The notes: generated by a model not told the origin, from the letters alone. Positions 38,759 to 48,590 are shown, counted from the stretch's first letter. The stretch: 54,035 nucleotides of DNA from Thermoproteota archaeon (GCA_037917675.1 JAVCBW010000057.1:1-54035); one strand, 5' to 3'. Made by a program: numbers and translations.

Positions 38759-39412
38759 TTAGGACACCATTGGAGCCAGCTGCCCTCGGCTATAAAAGCA
38801 TGCTGCTGTCAGTCTCGAGAACTCATGTCAGCTGGTGTGTTGCTATGGCTCCAGGAAGCCTGGTGTAGAGCTGAGGCTGCTAGCCTGCTGTAGGGAGCCT
38901 GATGCTGGCTGAGATCTTGAGGAGCTGGAGACGCTAGAGTAGGCTCTGAGCTGGTATGTGGGGGAGAGTAGAGAAGATGGAGATGGAAAAGGGGTGCTTA
39001 CACAGTAGCAGGCGTGTTTCTATGAGCTTTCCTTCTGCTAGTGTTCCTATGGCCTTGCTTCCACTGTAGACTGGTGTTGATGTTGTTTTCTCAGATGCCA
39101 CTATGTGCGCTGCTTGCTCTGCAAGTGACTCTACGCCTATTTTAGCTGGTATCGTTTTAATGTAGGGTTTGCTGCCTTCTAGCGCTGCTAGTGCTGCCTC
39201 TGTTAGCTTTATCTCACTAGAATAAAATGAAGTTCAGCATAGCTTATAGGAGTCTTATCATCTATGGCTTCGAAAGGCATTTTTCTCAGCAGAAAGCTTG
39301 ACAATTCAACATTTCTCCAGCTGCCAAGCTTTATAAGAGGTTATCGGCGGCTAAGCATGTTGAGCGCCTATGGAAGCCTGTAGATATGGAGCTTTTGAGC
39401 TATGTCATGTTG

Positions 39413-39697
39413 TTATTTTAGTAGTATCCCTATTATTCCTACGAGTATTGGGATGTTAAAGGCTATGAAGAGTTTTATGAGGGGGGCTATTTGCCCCTCT
39501 AGCCTGCTAACTCTACTATCTAAGCTGCTAATCCTCGCTTCCAGACGGGAGATGTCTTCTTTTGTTGCTGCATCCCTTATTATCGCATTTATCACTGCTA
39601 GCCTCACGTCTGGCTCAGTGAATAGGAGCTCTGCAAGCCTCTTTCTAAGCCTTATGTCAGCTTCAAGTTCCTCGACAACCTTCTCAGCTGTGGATAT
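39413..39697 (-). CDS. paREP-like coiled-coil protein with C-terminal TM helix; start codon is ATA or lost
   Basis: Frame stays open upstream of the tracked ORF: (I)STAEKVVEELEADIRLRKRLAELLFTEPDVRLAVINAIIRDAATKEDI...FIAFNIPILVGIIGILLK. Confidence 0.6.
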   Translation of the reverse strand: MSTAEKVVEELEADIRLRKRLAELLFTEPDVRLAVINAIIRDAATKEDISRLEARISSLDSRVSRLEGQIAPLIKLFIAFNIPILVGIIGILLK

Positions 39698-39804
39698 CCT
39701 GCATCATCATGATGGCTTCTATATGAGCTCTAAAGCTTTCTCGGTACTATGGCTAAAAAGTTATGAGAGCGATTTTTAGGAGGCTGGGAGAGGCAGTAAT
39801 GTAA

Positions 39805-40165
39805 GCTGGAACATTTGAAACATTTATATGCTTTCATGTTTGCATCTTAATGCGATGAAGAGACTCTACAGAGCTGGAGAGGCGTCGAAACTCTTAGGCA
39901 TCTACCCAATGGCTCTTGGAAGGTGGATTAAAGCTGGGAGGGTAAAAGCCAAGGGAGCTATTGGAGGGGAGTATAGGATACCTGAAAGCGAGATTAGAGG
40001 CTTCTAGGTGAAAACATGCCATTCCGAGAGTAGCTATCTATGTGAGGGCTTCGTAATGCGCTGAGTAGGCGGTGGGGGATCTCGTGGAGAGATGCTTAGA
40101 GCCTGAATTCACGCTGATGCTTGTTGAATCCCAGCTGGAGGCTTTGATGGCATGTGAGTAGCTAC
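39805..40165 (+). mobile_element. Degenerate IS607-family element (truncated serine transposase TnpA)
   Basis: ATG 39855: MKRLYRAGEASKLLGIYPMALGRWIKAGRVKA..IGGEYRIPESEI (MerR-like HTH); frameshifted RVAIYVRAS* (YARVS motif) ends at 40056. Element boundaries are approximate. Confidence 0.7.
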
Positions 40166-40253
40166 TGGAGCAGGCTTTTACATCTGATTCCTGAGAGCTG
40201 TTTGAGGCTAGCAACCTTTAAATTCCTATGCTGTAATGCTGTAGGGGGTGGCT

Positions 40254-40481
40254 ATGAGCCTGTTTGAGCTTGGCTTCCTCCTCTTTATAGCTGGGTTCAT
40301 TGTGGTCTTTGTGTCAGCTTTCCTGCTAGCTGGGGGAGGTAGGGCTAGAGGAGGGGGCCTCGTGCTCATAGGGCCTCTCCCCATAGTCTTCGGCTCTGAT
40401 GCTGGGGTTGTCAGGTGGCTTCTCGCCTTTGGGCTGCTTCTTGCTGTGCTAGTCTTCCTGATTCCTCTGCTGTGGGGTTGA
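40254..40481 (+). CDS. DUF131 (TIGR00304-like) small membrane protein
   Basis: GGGLVLIGPLPIVFGSD motif between TM helices. Confidence 0.8.
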   Translation: MSLFELGFLLFIAGFIVVFVSAFLLAGGGRARGGGLVLIGPLPIVFGSDAGVVRWLLAFGLLLAVLVFLIPLLWG

Positions 40482-40484
40482 GGT

Positions 40485-40874
40485 ATGGCTGTATGTGAGG
40501 TCTGTGGGAGCCTTCCAGCTGGATACGTGTGTCAGAGGTGTGGTAGCAGAGTCTGTAGGCTTGACTATGATCCTGCTAGTGGCCTGTGTAGCAGGTGTCT
40601 TAGCTCTACTGGAGCCACTAGGCAAGCTGCTCCAGTTGGCTTTAAGCTGATGCTGCTTGGGTTCCTCCTGATGTTCGCTGGGTTCATCTTGATGTTCATT
40701 GGTGCTCTGCAAGCTGGAGCTGCAGGGGGGGCTGTAGTGATATTCCCGATTCCACTAGTCTTCTACTCTGGTGAGGGAGGTGCTATACTAGCTTTGATAG
40801 CCTTAGCTATAGCCTTCATCATGTTGGTCTTTATGCTAGTATGGTGGAGGAGCCTAGAAGGTGTAAAGCTTTAA
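40485..40874 (+). CDS. Zn-finger + DUF131-like membrane protein
   Basis: CEVC..CQRC...C..D....C..C, then TM helices with GGAVVIFPIPLVF. Confidence 0.7.
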   Translation: MAVCEVCGSLPAGYVCQRCGSRVCRLDYDPASGLCSRCLSSTGATRQAAPVGFKLMLLGFLLMFAGFILMFIGALQAGAAGGAVVIFPIPLVFYSGEGGAILALIALAIAFIMLVFMLVWWRSLEGVKL

Positions 40875-40903
40875 TGTGTAGTTGGGTAGGGTAGCTGGGG
40901 TAT

Positions 40904-41839
40904 GTGATGCTGCAGCTTGCAGCCCCGCTGCTGACAGCACTTCTCCTTGGAAGCCTATATACGCTGATGGCACTAGGGCTCACGATGACTTATGCTGTGA
41001 CAAGCATCCCTAACTTTGCTCAAGCTGAGTTCGTGACGATAGGAGCATATGCTATGGCTGCTACAGTGAACTTTTGTGGGCTTGGGCTGATAGGAGGGCT
41101 TGCCTCAGCTTTCGTTTTCGCTGCCTTGGTTGCGTTGGCCTCTGATGAGCTTGTGTTTAAGAAGCTGGCTGCTCTTGGAGCCACCCCACTGCACTTGCTT
41201 ACTGCCTCAGTTGGAGTTGGGCTTGTGCTCAGATATACCTTATCGATCATAGCTGACTTGAAGGGGCTGCTTAGTGTGAAGACTAGGGTTGTAGTGAACC
41301 CTGTTGCCACAGTAGGCCAGGCTTATCTGACTACTCTGCACCTCTGGGCTGTCCCTACTACGCTAGCTGTTGTAGCTGTGCTTCACCTGGTGTTCATGAG
41401 GACTAAGCTTGGGAAGGCTATGAGAGCTATGGCATCAAACCTAGATTTGGCGAAGGTATCTGGCATAAACACCACGCTAGTCAGGAGGTTCACCTGGCTT
41501 ATCGCAGGTGGGCTAGCTGGGCTAGCTGGAGGCTTCTGGTCAGTTTACTCGCCTATAAACCCTGAGACAGGGTGGGTTGCTCTCCTCTGGATGTTCGCAG
41601 CCTCAATCCTAGGAGGGTTTCGAAGCTTCTATGGTACAGTGCTAGGAGGCTACATCGTAGGGTTCTCTGAGAGCTTGGGGATCACATTCCTTAGCAGGTA
41701 CTTCGGTGTCAATGTAGCCTATAAGCCTATGATAGCCCTCCTTATAATGGTCGTGGTGTTCCTCTGGAAGCCGACTGGCTTAGCTGAAGTCACCCCCAGA
41801 GGGCTCCTTGAGAGCCTGAGGAGAGCTTTGAGGCGATAG
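40904..41839 (+). CDS. livH: Branched-chain amino acid ABC transporter permease
   Basis: ALGLTMTY....NFAQ, TKLGKAMRA...AKVSGIN, ILGG. Confidence 0.9.
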   Translation: MMLQLAAPLLTALLLGSLYTLMALGLTMTYAVTSIPNFAQAEFVTIGAYAMAATVNFCGLGLIGGLASAFVFAALVALASDELVFKKLAALGATPLHLLTASVGVGLVLRYTLSIIADLKGLLSVKTRVVVNPVATVGQAYLTTLHLWAVPTTLAVVAVLHLVFMRTKLGKAMRAMASNLDLAKVSGINTTLVRRFTWLIAGGLAGLAGGFWSVYSPINPETGWVALLWMFAASILGGFRSFYGTVLGGYIVGFSESLGITFLSRYFGVNVAYKPMIALLIMVVVFLWKPTGLAEVTPRGLLESLRRALRR

Positions 41840-41840
41840 C

Positions 41841-42875
41841 ATGGGTGTAGACATCCTACCTCTAGTGACTTCTATAGTCACATTCTATGGTATATACCTG
41901 ATACTAGCTTTAAGCTTTAACATAGAGTATGGGTTTGCTGGGCAGCCTAACTTTGGGAAGGTCTTCTTCTACTCGATAGGAGCTTATGTAGCAGGCTGCT
42001 TCACAGCAAACATGCTCATGAAGGCCTCTGGGGTCACTGGAGTAGACTTCTGCTCTGACCTAGCTGCTGAAGTCAGGTTTAGGGTAGCGATGTCGAAGCC
42101 ATGGCTGATCATAGCTCTATTCCTCATCTCACTGCTGATGGCAGCTGTGATAGGAGGAGCCTTCGGCTACCTGACAAGCTATCCTGCACTCAGGCTGAGT
42201 GGAGACTTCCTGGCAATAGTCCTCTTAGCATTCGGTGAGATAAGCAGGGTTTTTGCCAGGAACTATACTCCACTGGTCTGTGGAGTATATGGGCTAAGTG
42301 GAGTACCTAATCCACTAGTATGGATTGGAGACCCTAGGGCTGCTAGACTAGCATACTCAGCTATAGTCTTAGCTATAGCCTTCTTGATGTACCTGCTAGC
42401 TGAGAGGCTTATGAACTCTCCATATGGGAGGCTCCTCAAGTCTATTAGAGACGACGAGCTTGTTTCAAATGTCATGGGCAAGGTCACTCCTAGAGTCAAG
42501 GGGTCAGCTCTCATAGTAGGCTCCTCAATGGCTGCTGTAGCAGGAGCACTCTATGCCTTCTATATCCAGACTGTGATAGCAGATGACTTCATCCCGATAG
42601 TCACGTTCGTCGCGATAACGATGGTCATGCTAGGTGGTGTAGCCAACAACAAGGGTACACTGCTAGGAGCTATGGTCATGACCTTGATGGATAGGCTCAC
42701 AAGAGCCTCATTCCTCAGGATCCTAGGTATATCAGTTGGCTTCGACATATCATATGTGAGGTATATTGTGACAGGCCTACTGATAATACTGATATTGATG
42801 GTTAAGTCAGAGGGGCTTATACCTGAGAAGCCTCTGAAGACGCCTGCCATAGAGGAGGCTGAGAGGCTCCAGTAG
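41841..42875 (+). CDS. livM: Branched-chain amino acid ABC transporter permease
   Basis: GFAGQPNFG, LRLSGDFLAI, SPYGRLLKSIRDDE, MLGG..N..G. Confidence 0.9.
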   Translation: MGVDILPLVTSIVTFYGIYLILALSFNIEYGFAGQPNFGKVFFYSIGAYVAGCFTANMLMKASGVTGVDFCSDLAAEVRFRVAMSKPWLIIALFLISLLMAAVIGGAFGYLTSYPALRLSGDFLAIVLLAFGEISRVFARNYTPLVCGVYGLSGVPNPLVWIGDPRAARLAYSAIVLAIAFLMYLLAERLMNSPYGRLLKSIRDDELVSNVMGKVTPRVKGSALIVGSSMAAVAGALYAFYIQTVIADDFIPIVTFVAITMVMLGGVANNKGTLLGAMVMTLMDRLTRASFLRILGISVGFDISYVRYIVTGLLIILILMVKSEGLIPEKPLKTPAIEEAERLQ

Positions 42876-42982
42876 CAGCCTTAGCTTAAAGTACTCTATC
42901 TGAGACGCATGTATAAGGCTACTTCGTCAAGTGGCAACCTTTATAAGCTGAGCTAGCAGTGTCTACACCCAAGGTGTGGTGT

Positions 42983-44323
42983 ATGGCTGAGAAGGAGAGG
43001 GGGCTTAAGTATGGGCTTACAGCATCTATCTTGCTGAACATCATACTGTTAGCTGGGATCGCATGGTCTCTGACTCACCCTAGGGTTGTTGAGAGGCCAG
43101 CTCCAGCTGCTCCAGCTCCGACTGTCACCGTGACTGTCACAGAGACTGTCACACCTACTGCTCCAGCTGCTCCAGCTGGGATAGTAGAGTACCCGATTGG
43201 GCTGGCTATAGCTGTGAGCGGCCCCTACGCTGTCGAGGGGCCTTATAGGCGTGACGCAGCTCTCCTAGCGATAGAGCATGTTAACAAGATGCTTGAGGCA
43301 GCAGGGTCTCCGATAAGGTTTAAGCCTATACATGAGGATAGCAAGGGGACTGCTGAAGGAGCTCTGGCAGCGTTAGAGGCCTTGGCTGCAGCTGGAGTGA
43401 AGGTCGTAGTAGGGCCTCTCTCAAGCAAGGAGGTAAGAGCTGTCAAGAGCTTCGCTGATGCACACAAGATAGTATGTATCAGCCCATCTTCAACTGCACC
43501 TGGGCTAGCTGTCCCAGATGACTACATATTCAGGGTAGTTCAGACTGATGCAGCTCAGGCTAAGGCTCTAGCTCAGGTTGTAGCTGAGCTAGGCTACACC
43601 AAGGTAGCTATAATAGGGAGAGACGATGACTATGGCCGTGGCATAGCTGACCTCTTCGAGAAGCTCTTCAAAGAGAGGTATGGGGGCACAGTGAAGAAGC
43701 TCATGTATACACCAGACTTACCAGACTACTCGACTGAAGTACAGAGGCTAGCTGAGATGGTAAGCGAGCTAGGTGCAGACGAGAAGACTGCTGTGCTGAT
43801 AATAGCATTTGACGCAGATGGCTTGAACATACTAGGGCATGCTAGGCTGAACCCAGTTCTCTCAAAGGTCAGGTGGTTTGGCTCAGAAAGCTTGAAGAGG
43901 CCGACTTTCATACCGCCAGAGGCTCCAGCTGAGATAGGCGAGTTCGTAGCAAGCGTGAAGCTCACAGGCCTATTCCCATCACCAGAGAGGAACCCTGTAG
44001 TAGAGTTCTTCGAGAAGGAGTATAGGAGCAAGTATGGGAAGGATCCGACACCATACTCCTATTACACCTATGATGCAGCTTGGCTAGCATGCCTCTCAGT
44101 GCTAGCAGCAGGCAAGTATGATGGTGAGGCAGTTAAGGAGGTTCTGCCGACTGTAGCTGAGAAGTACATTGGAGCAAGCGGCTACAAGAGGCTAGATGAG
44201 AACGGGGACTGTGCTGGAAGCGACTACAGGATCTGGATGGTGGTAGTTGAGGCAGGAGAGTACAAGTTCAAGGAGGTAGGATCCTGGAGCTTCACAGCAG
44301 AGAAGGTGAGCTTCTTCAGCTAG
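42983..44323 (+). CDS. Branched-chain amino acid ABC transporter substrate-binding protein (LivK-like), membrane-anchored with P/A/T-rich linker
   Basis: N-terminal TM helix, PAPAAPAPTVTVTVTETVTP linker, GPLSS, ISPSSTAP, FR..D..Q, DDYG, YDA. Confidence 0.9.
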   Translation: MAEKERGLKYGLTASILLNIILLAGIAWSLTHPRVVERPAPAAPAPTVTVTVTETVTPTAPAAPAGIVEYPIGLAIAVSGPYAVEGPYRRDAALLAIEHVNKMLEAAGSPIRFKPIHEDSKGTAEGALAALEALAAAGVKVVVGPLSSKEVRAVKSFADAHKIVCISPSSTAPGLAVPDDYIFRVVQTDAAQAKALAQVVAELGYTKVAIIGRDDDYGRGIADLFEKLFKERYGGTVKKLMYTPDLPDYSTEVQRLAEMVSELGADEKTAVLIIAFDADGLNILGHARLNPVLSKVRWFGSESLKRPTFIPPEAPAEIGEFVASVKLTGLFPSPERNPVVEFFEKEYRSKYGKDPTPYSYYTYDAAWLACLSVLAAGKYDGEAVKEVLPTVAEKYIGASGYKRLDENGDCAGSDYRIWMVVVEAGEYKFKEVGSWSFTAEKVSFFS

Positions 44324-44350
44324 CCCCCAACCCCAATTTTTGGTGGTAGC

Positions 44351-45106
44351 TTGGAGATACTTAAGCTTGAGGATGTAAGGAAGTACTTTGGTGGAGTAAA
44401 GGCTGTAGATGGCGTCAGCTTCAGCATAGATGAGGGGTCTATCCTCGGCATAATAGGGCCGAATGGAAGCGGGAAGACAACCCTCTTCAACGTCATATCA
44501 GGTGTATACAAGCCTGACTCAGGCAGAATATACTTCAGGGGAGAGAGGATAGATGGCCTAGAGCCACATGAGGTCTTCAAGAGAGGGATTGTGAGAAGCT
44601 TCCAGAACCCAAGGCTGTTCCTAGGGATGACAGTCATAGAGAACATGATGGTCCCACCTAGAGGCCAGGTAGGCGAGAGCCCTGTGAAAGCCTTGTTCAG
44701 AGGGATCTGGGAGAGGCAGGAGAGGTCTCTAGCCAAGAGAGCCCTAGAGTTGATAAAGGCGCATCAGCTCACCCAGGTGAGGCTGAGCTGGTCAGGAGAG
44801 GTCTCAGGAGGCCAGATGAAGCTCATAGAGATCAGCAGAGCTCTCATGGGAGAGCCTAAGCTCCTGCTGCTAGACGAGCCAACAGCAGGCGTAGCCCCAA
44901 AGCTCGCTAGAGAGATATTCGAGAGGATAGTTAAGCTGAGAGATGAGCTAGGGCTCACATTCATGATAATAGAGCACAGGCTAGACGTGCTCTTTGACTA
45001 CGTTGAGCGAGTCATAGTCATGCATCAAGGTAAAGTGATATGTGATGGGCCACCAGACTACGTAGTCAAGGACGAGAGAGTAGTAGACGCCTATCTAGGT
45101 GGATAA
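44351..45106 (+). CDS. livG: Branched-chain amino acid ABC transporter ATP-binding protein
   Basis: FGGVKAVD, GPNGSGKTT, VSGGQ, LLDEP, AYLG. Confidence 0.92.
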   Translation: MEILKLEDVRKYFGGVKAVDGVSFSIDEGSILGIIGPNGSGKTTLFNVISGVYKPDSGRIYFRGERIDGLEPHEVFKRGIVRSFQNPRLFLGMTVIENMMVPPRGQVGESPVKALFRGIWERQERSLAKRALELIKAHQLTQVRLSWSGEVSGGQMKLIEISRALMGEPKLLLLDEPTAGVAPKLAREIFERIVKLRDELGLTFMIIEHRLDVLFDYVERVIVMHQGKVICDGPPDYVVKDERVVDAYLGG

Positions 45107-45821
45107 TGTGCCCATACTAGAGGCGAGAGGCATATATGGAGGCTATGGGAAAGCTGTAGTAGTCCAGGGAGTAGACATCTACCTAGATGAAGGAGAGCTA
45201 GTAGCACTAGTAGGGCCAAATGGAAGCGGGAAAAGCACCCTGCTCAAGACGATACTCGGGCTAGCAACCCTCTTCAAGGGAGAAATCTACCTCATGGGAG
45301 AGGAAATAACCAGAGCACCACCAGAGGCAAAGGTGAAAATGGGGTTAGGCTACGTCCCTCAGGTAGCAAACGTGTTCCCAGACTTGACAGTCGAAGAGAA
45401 CCTAGAGATGGGAGGCTACCTGATATCAAGTAAGCAGGAGCTCAAGGAGAGGATAGGAGAGATGTATAGGATGTTCCCGATACTAAAGGAGAGGAGAAAG
45501 CAGAAGGCAGCAGTCCTGAGTGGAGGAGAAAGGCAGATGCTAGCTGTAGCTAGAGCCCTGATGATACAGCCAAAGGTGCTCCTGCTAGATGAGCCTGCAG
45601 CAGGCCTAGCTCCAAAGCCAGCTGGAGAGCTCTTCAAGAAGCTAAGAGAGATAAGAGAGGCAGGCATACCTATACTCCTAGTAGAGCAGCATGCAAGGAG
45701 AGCTCTGAGCATAGCAGACAGAGGATACGTGCTCGTAGCAGGCAGAAAAGCCCTAGAGGGAACAGGGAAAGAAATCCTAGAGGACAAAGACCTCAGGAAA
45801 GTGTTCCTAGGAGTAAAGTAG
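45099..45821 (+). CDS. livF: Branched-chain amino acid ABC transporter ATP-binding protein
   Basis: GPNGSGKST, LTVEENL.MG, LSGGERQMLA, LLDEP, VEQ, DRGYVL. Confidence 0.92.
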   Translation: MDNVPILEARGIYGGYGKAVVVQGVDIYLDEGELVALVGPNGSGKSTLLKTILGLATLFKGEIYLMGEEITRAPPEAKVKMGLGYVPQVANVFPDLTVEENLEMGGYLISSKQELKERIGEMYRMFPILKERRKQKAAVLSGGERQMLAVARALMIQPKVLLLDEPAAGLAPKPAGELFKKLREIREAGIPILLVEQHARRALSIADRGYVLVAGRKALEGTGKEILEDKDLRKVFLGVK

Positions 45822-46267
45822 CCATCTACCAGAGCACCTAGCAGAAAGCTAGAAAGCTAAAACTCCCCATAGCAGTGGCAGCAAACAACAAAGCCTACAG
45901 GATGATAAAGGGAGGGCAGAAAGCCTTTATGCCAGCACATACCTACCGAGCTGCTCTAAGCTGAGCTACACCCACCAGCCTCCAGCTCCTCTACACCATG
46001 CAGCTGATATCAAAGAACGCTACCATCACAGGCATGTGCTGAGATCAGCTTCATAGCCCCCTTAAAAGCATCAAGCTCTCTCTACAAGCCTAACTCTCTC
46101 CCTTTCAGCACATCCATACGCCAAGCCTTGAAATCCTATCTTACAACACTCTTCACCTCAGCATCCAGTTTCCCTACAGTAGAGGATATCAGTTTTTGAC
46201 AACTCAATTGGCTTGAAGCACCTATTGCCTATAGCCTAGTTTATGCGTCAAAATAGATGGATGGAAG

Positions 46268-47569
46268 CTAGCCCGCTGCCCCTACTGCTGCCTCTACTGC
46301 TAGGTCTGCCCTTACTATCCCATAGCCGTAGTCTGAGTCATAGCCTTGGTCACCTTTGTCATCTGCTTTGTCATGCAATATCCCTCTGACTGTTAAGCAT
46401 CCTGTGTCACTGAACCCTCCGACAGATAAGATTACCCCATACTCGTTGTAGTATGCAGCTTGGATTAGTGCTGCGACTCCGCTGACATGTGGACATGCCA
46501 TCGATGTCCCGCTTAGCTCCTTGTAGCTGTCATCTGGATATGTGCTCAGGATATTTACTCCGGGTGCCGTGAGCTCTACACCTCTGTTGCTCCACGAGGC
46601 AACATTATCATTGCTATCAGTTGCACCAGTAGCTATCACCTCCGGGTAGGCTGCTGGATAGCTAGGCGTTAAGGCCCCTTCGTTTCCAGCTGCAGCTACA
46701 AGTACTATGCCATAGTCATAAGCTTCTATGAGAGCATCGTGTAGTGTGTCGCTTGGGCTTGAGCTCCCGAAGCTCATTGAGATCACCTCAGCTGCGTCAT
46801 CATCTGGGTCTCCTGCTACTACACAGTCTCCATCACGGTCTAGCTTGCCATCAGGCCCTAGCATAGCCTGCTCTATGCCGAGGATTATGTCGCTAATCCA
46901 CCCAGTTCCTGAGGCTCCGAAAGCTTTGACTACGTATATCTCGACTGCTGGAGCAACACCTACAACACCTATCTCATTGTTTAGTGCTGCGATTATCCCA
47001 GCCACATGTGTTCCATGCCCATTCTCATCCTTGTAGTCTCTAGGTTTCGTTGAGACTCTTCCGTGAAGCACGCTGACGCCCCAGGCTATGTTAGCTTGGA
47101 GGTCAGGGTGGTCGATGTCTATACCTGTATCTATGATCGCCACCTCTATCACACCGCCAGAAGACCCGTCACTAGTGCTCCATGCCTCTATAGCATTTAT
47201 CCTATCAACCCCCCAGGGGATCTGCTGAGGAGGCTGCTGTGCCTCCTTATCCTTATCCTTCCCTGGTGGGCTTGGAGGCTTACCTCCTAGCACGCGTACT
47301 TCAGTGTCTTGCTCTACTCTCACAACACCCCTAGCCTCTGCTATCTGCCCTATAGCATGTCTAGGGAGTTCTGCTATGATTATTGGTAGGATCTTCCCTC
47401 TCGCTATGACTTTGCCTCCAGCTGCCATGATAGCTTTCTCATCGAAGCTCTTGTCAACTGTTATTATCACTCTTACTCTATCCTGCTCGGGTGTCGCTAC
47501 TGTAATTCCTGTTAAGCTGAGTATGAGGGAGAGCATCAGCAAGACAGCTAGAGCTGCTTTTCCTCTCAT
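46268..47569 (-). CDS. Secreted S8 subtilisin with propeptide (Tk-subtilisin-like)
   Basis: Signal peptide and propeptide; catalytic IDTG, HGTH, GTSMA; Ca-binding insertion LGPDGKLDRDGD...GDPDDDAAEVISMS. Confidence 0.95.
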   Translation of the reverse strand: MRGKAALAVLLMLSLILSLTGITVATPEQDRVRVIITVDKSFDEKAIMAAGGKVIARGKILPIIIAELPRHAIGQIAEARGVVRVEQDTEVRVLGGKPPSPPGKDKDKEAQQPPQQIPWGVDRINAIEAWSTSDGSSGGVIEVAIIDTGIDIDHPDLQANIAWGVSVLHGRVSTKPRDYKDENGHGTHVAGIIAALNNEIGVVGVAPAVEIYVVKAFGASGTGWISDIILGIEQAMLGPDGKLDRDGDCVVAGDPDDDAAEVISMSFGSSSPSDTLHDALIEAYDYGIVLVAAAGNEGALTPSYPAAYPEVIATGATDSNDNVASWSNRGVELTAPGVNILSTYPDDSYKELSGTSMACPHVSGVAALIQAAYYNEYGVILSVGGFSDTGCLTVRGILHDKADDKGDQGYDSDYGYGIVRADLAVEAAVGAAG

Positions 47570-48019
47570 GTGTATTACCTCAATCCTCTTAAGTCCCTAT
47601 ACCCCCTGTTTCTCAGACTAATAAGTATTTGTGTCATAGTTTACATTGATTCTCCATGGCAGCGTTGCTCCTTATGTTCAAAGTGGCCTAGGATATGGTG
47701 GTAGGTTTCTCTTAATGAGCTAGATGGTGTGGCAGGTAGTTGTGGTTGCTGGATCTTGGAGCATATTTGTTAGCTTGATGTGGCACTGGAGGATGTGTCT
47801 TAAGGCTCCCTGCTTCTACTCTAGTGTGAAACTTGGGATATAGGGTATTCTGTCTCTTCTTGCTGCCCAATAGGCTCTTTGAAGCATACCTGACGGGAGA
47901 TGTGGCTTCTGCATTCTTTAGGTATTGGAGGAGGTGCTCTACTGCTTATTGTTAGGTGAGTAGTTTAGATGCTATCTTATGAAGCTTGCTGTATTTGCCT
48001 TTATGCTTTATAGGCTATC

Positions 48020-48048
48020 TTCATAACTGTGTTATAAAAATTTTTAAA
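48020..48048 (+). promoter_or_regulatory. Palindrome adjacent to the thiW promoter (candidate ThiR-type operator)
   Basis: TTCATAAC-TGT-GTTATAAA (48020-48038) directly followed by A-tract and TTTTTAAA TATA-like element. Confidence 0.45.
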
Positions 48049-48074
48049 GATGGTGGCTGAGGCTGTGGTGCCTT

Positions 48075-48590
48075 ATGGGATTCACGAGGAAGCTTGCTTT
48101 CTCTATTATGATGGCTGCACTGGGTGTCGTGCTGTCTCCAATGTACATACCGATGGGGCCTACTAAGGCGTATCCCTTTCAGCATATGATCAATGCTATA
48201 GCTGGTGTTGTCTTGGGGCCTTGGTGGGCTGCTCTCGTGGCTACGCTTACAGGTGTGATCAGGAATCTGCTTGGTGTAGGGACGGTATTTGCTTTCCCAG
48301 GTGGGATTCCAGGTGCACTGGTTGTTGGCTTTGCATACAGGCTTGTAAGGAGAGATGTAGCTGCCTTATGTGAGCCAGTTGGGACATCTATTGGAGCAGT
48401 GATATCAGCTACACTGGTGGCTCCAGCTTATGGTAAGGCTATGCCAAGCATACTTGGGTTGACGAACCAGGCTTTGCTTTTCACGTTATTCTGGCTTGCA
48501 AGCTGTGTTCCTGGCTCTCTGATAGGCTATAGTGTGGTCAAGGTTCTGAGGGTGAGAGGGCTGCTAGAGGCTTTCGAGGAGGGGCAGTAG
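48075..48590 (+). CDS. thiW: ECF-type thiazole/thiamine precursor transporter S component
   Basis: KAYPFQHMIN.IAGV.LGPW, IRNLLG.GT.FAFPG, EPVGT.IG. Confidence 0.9.
   Translation: MGFTRKLAFSIMMAALGVVLSPMYIPMGPTKAYPFQHMINAIAGVVLGPWWAALVATLTGVIRNLLGVGTVFAFPGGIPGALVVGFAYRLVRRDVAALCEPVGTSIGAVISATLVAPAYGKAMPSILGLTNQALLFTLFWLASCVPGSLIGYSVVKVLRVRGLLEAFEEGQ

Noticed and set aside
38990-39215. Minus-strand open stretch weakly resembling a CBS domain
   Set aside because: No start codon, in-frame stops upstream, and the similarity is too weak to name.
43097-43180. CCAGCT and ACTGTCAC repeats
   Set aside because: They encode the ordinary Pro/Ala/Thr linker of the substrate-binding protein.
45945-45976. 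Minus-strand GTGGGTGTAGCTCAGCTTAGAGCA resembling a tRNA 5' half
   Set aside because: The D-loop lacks GG, and no anticodon arm, T-loop (GTTCRA) or matching 3' acceptor strand follows. These words are common in this genome.
47640-48000. TPP riboswitch upstream of thiW
   Set aside because: No CTGAGA plus ACCTG..AAT..GCG.AGG core arrangement, and the apparent promoter lies downstream of this segment.
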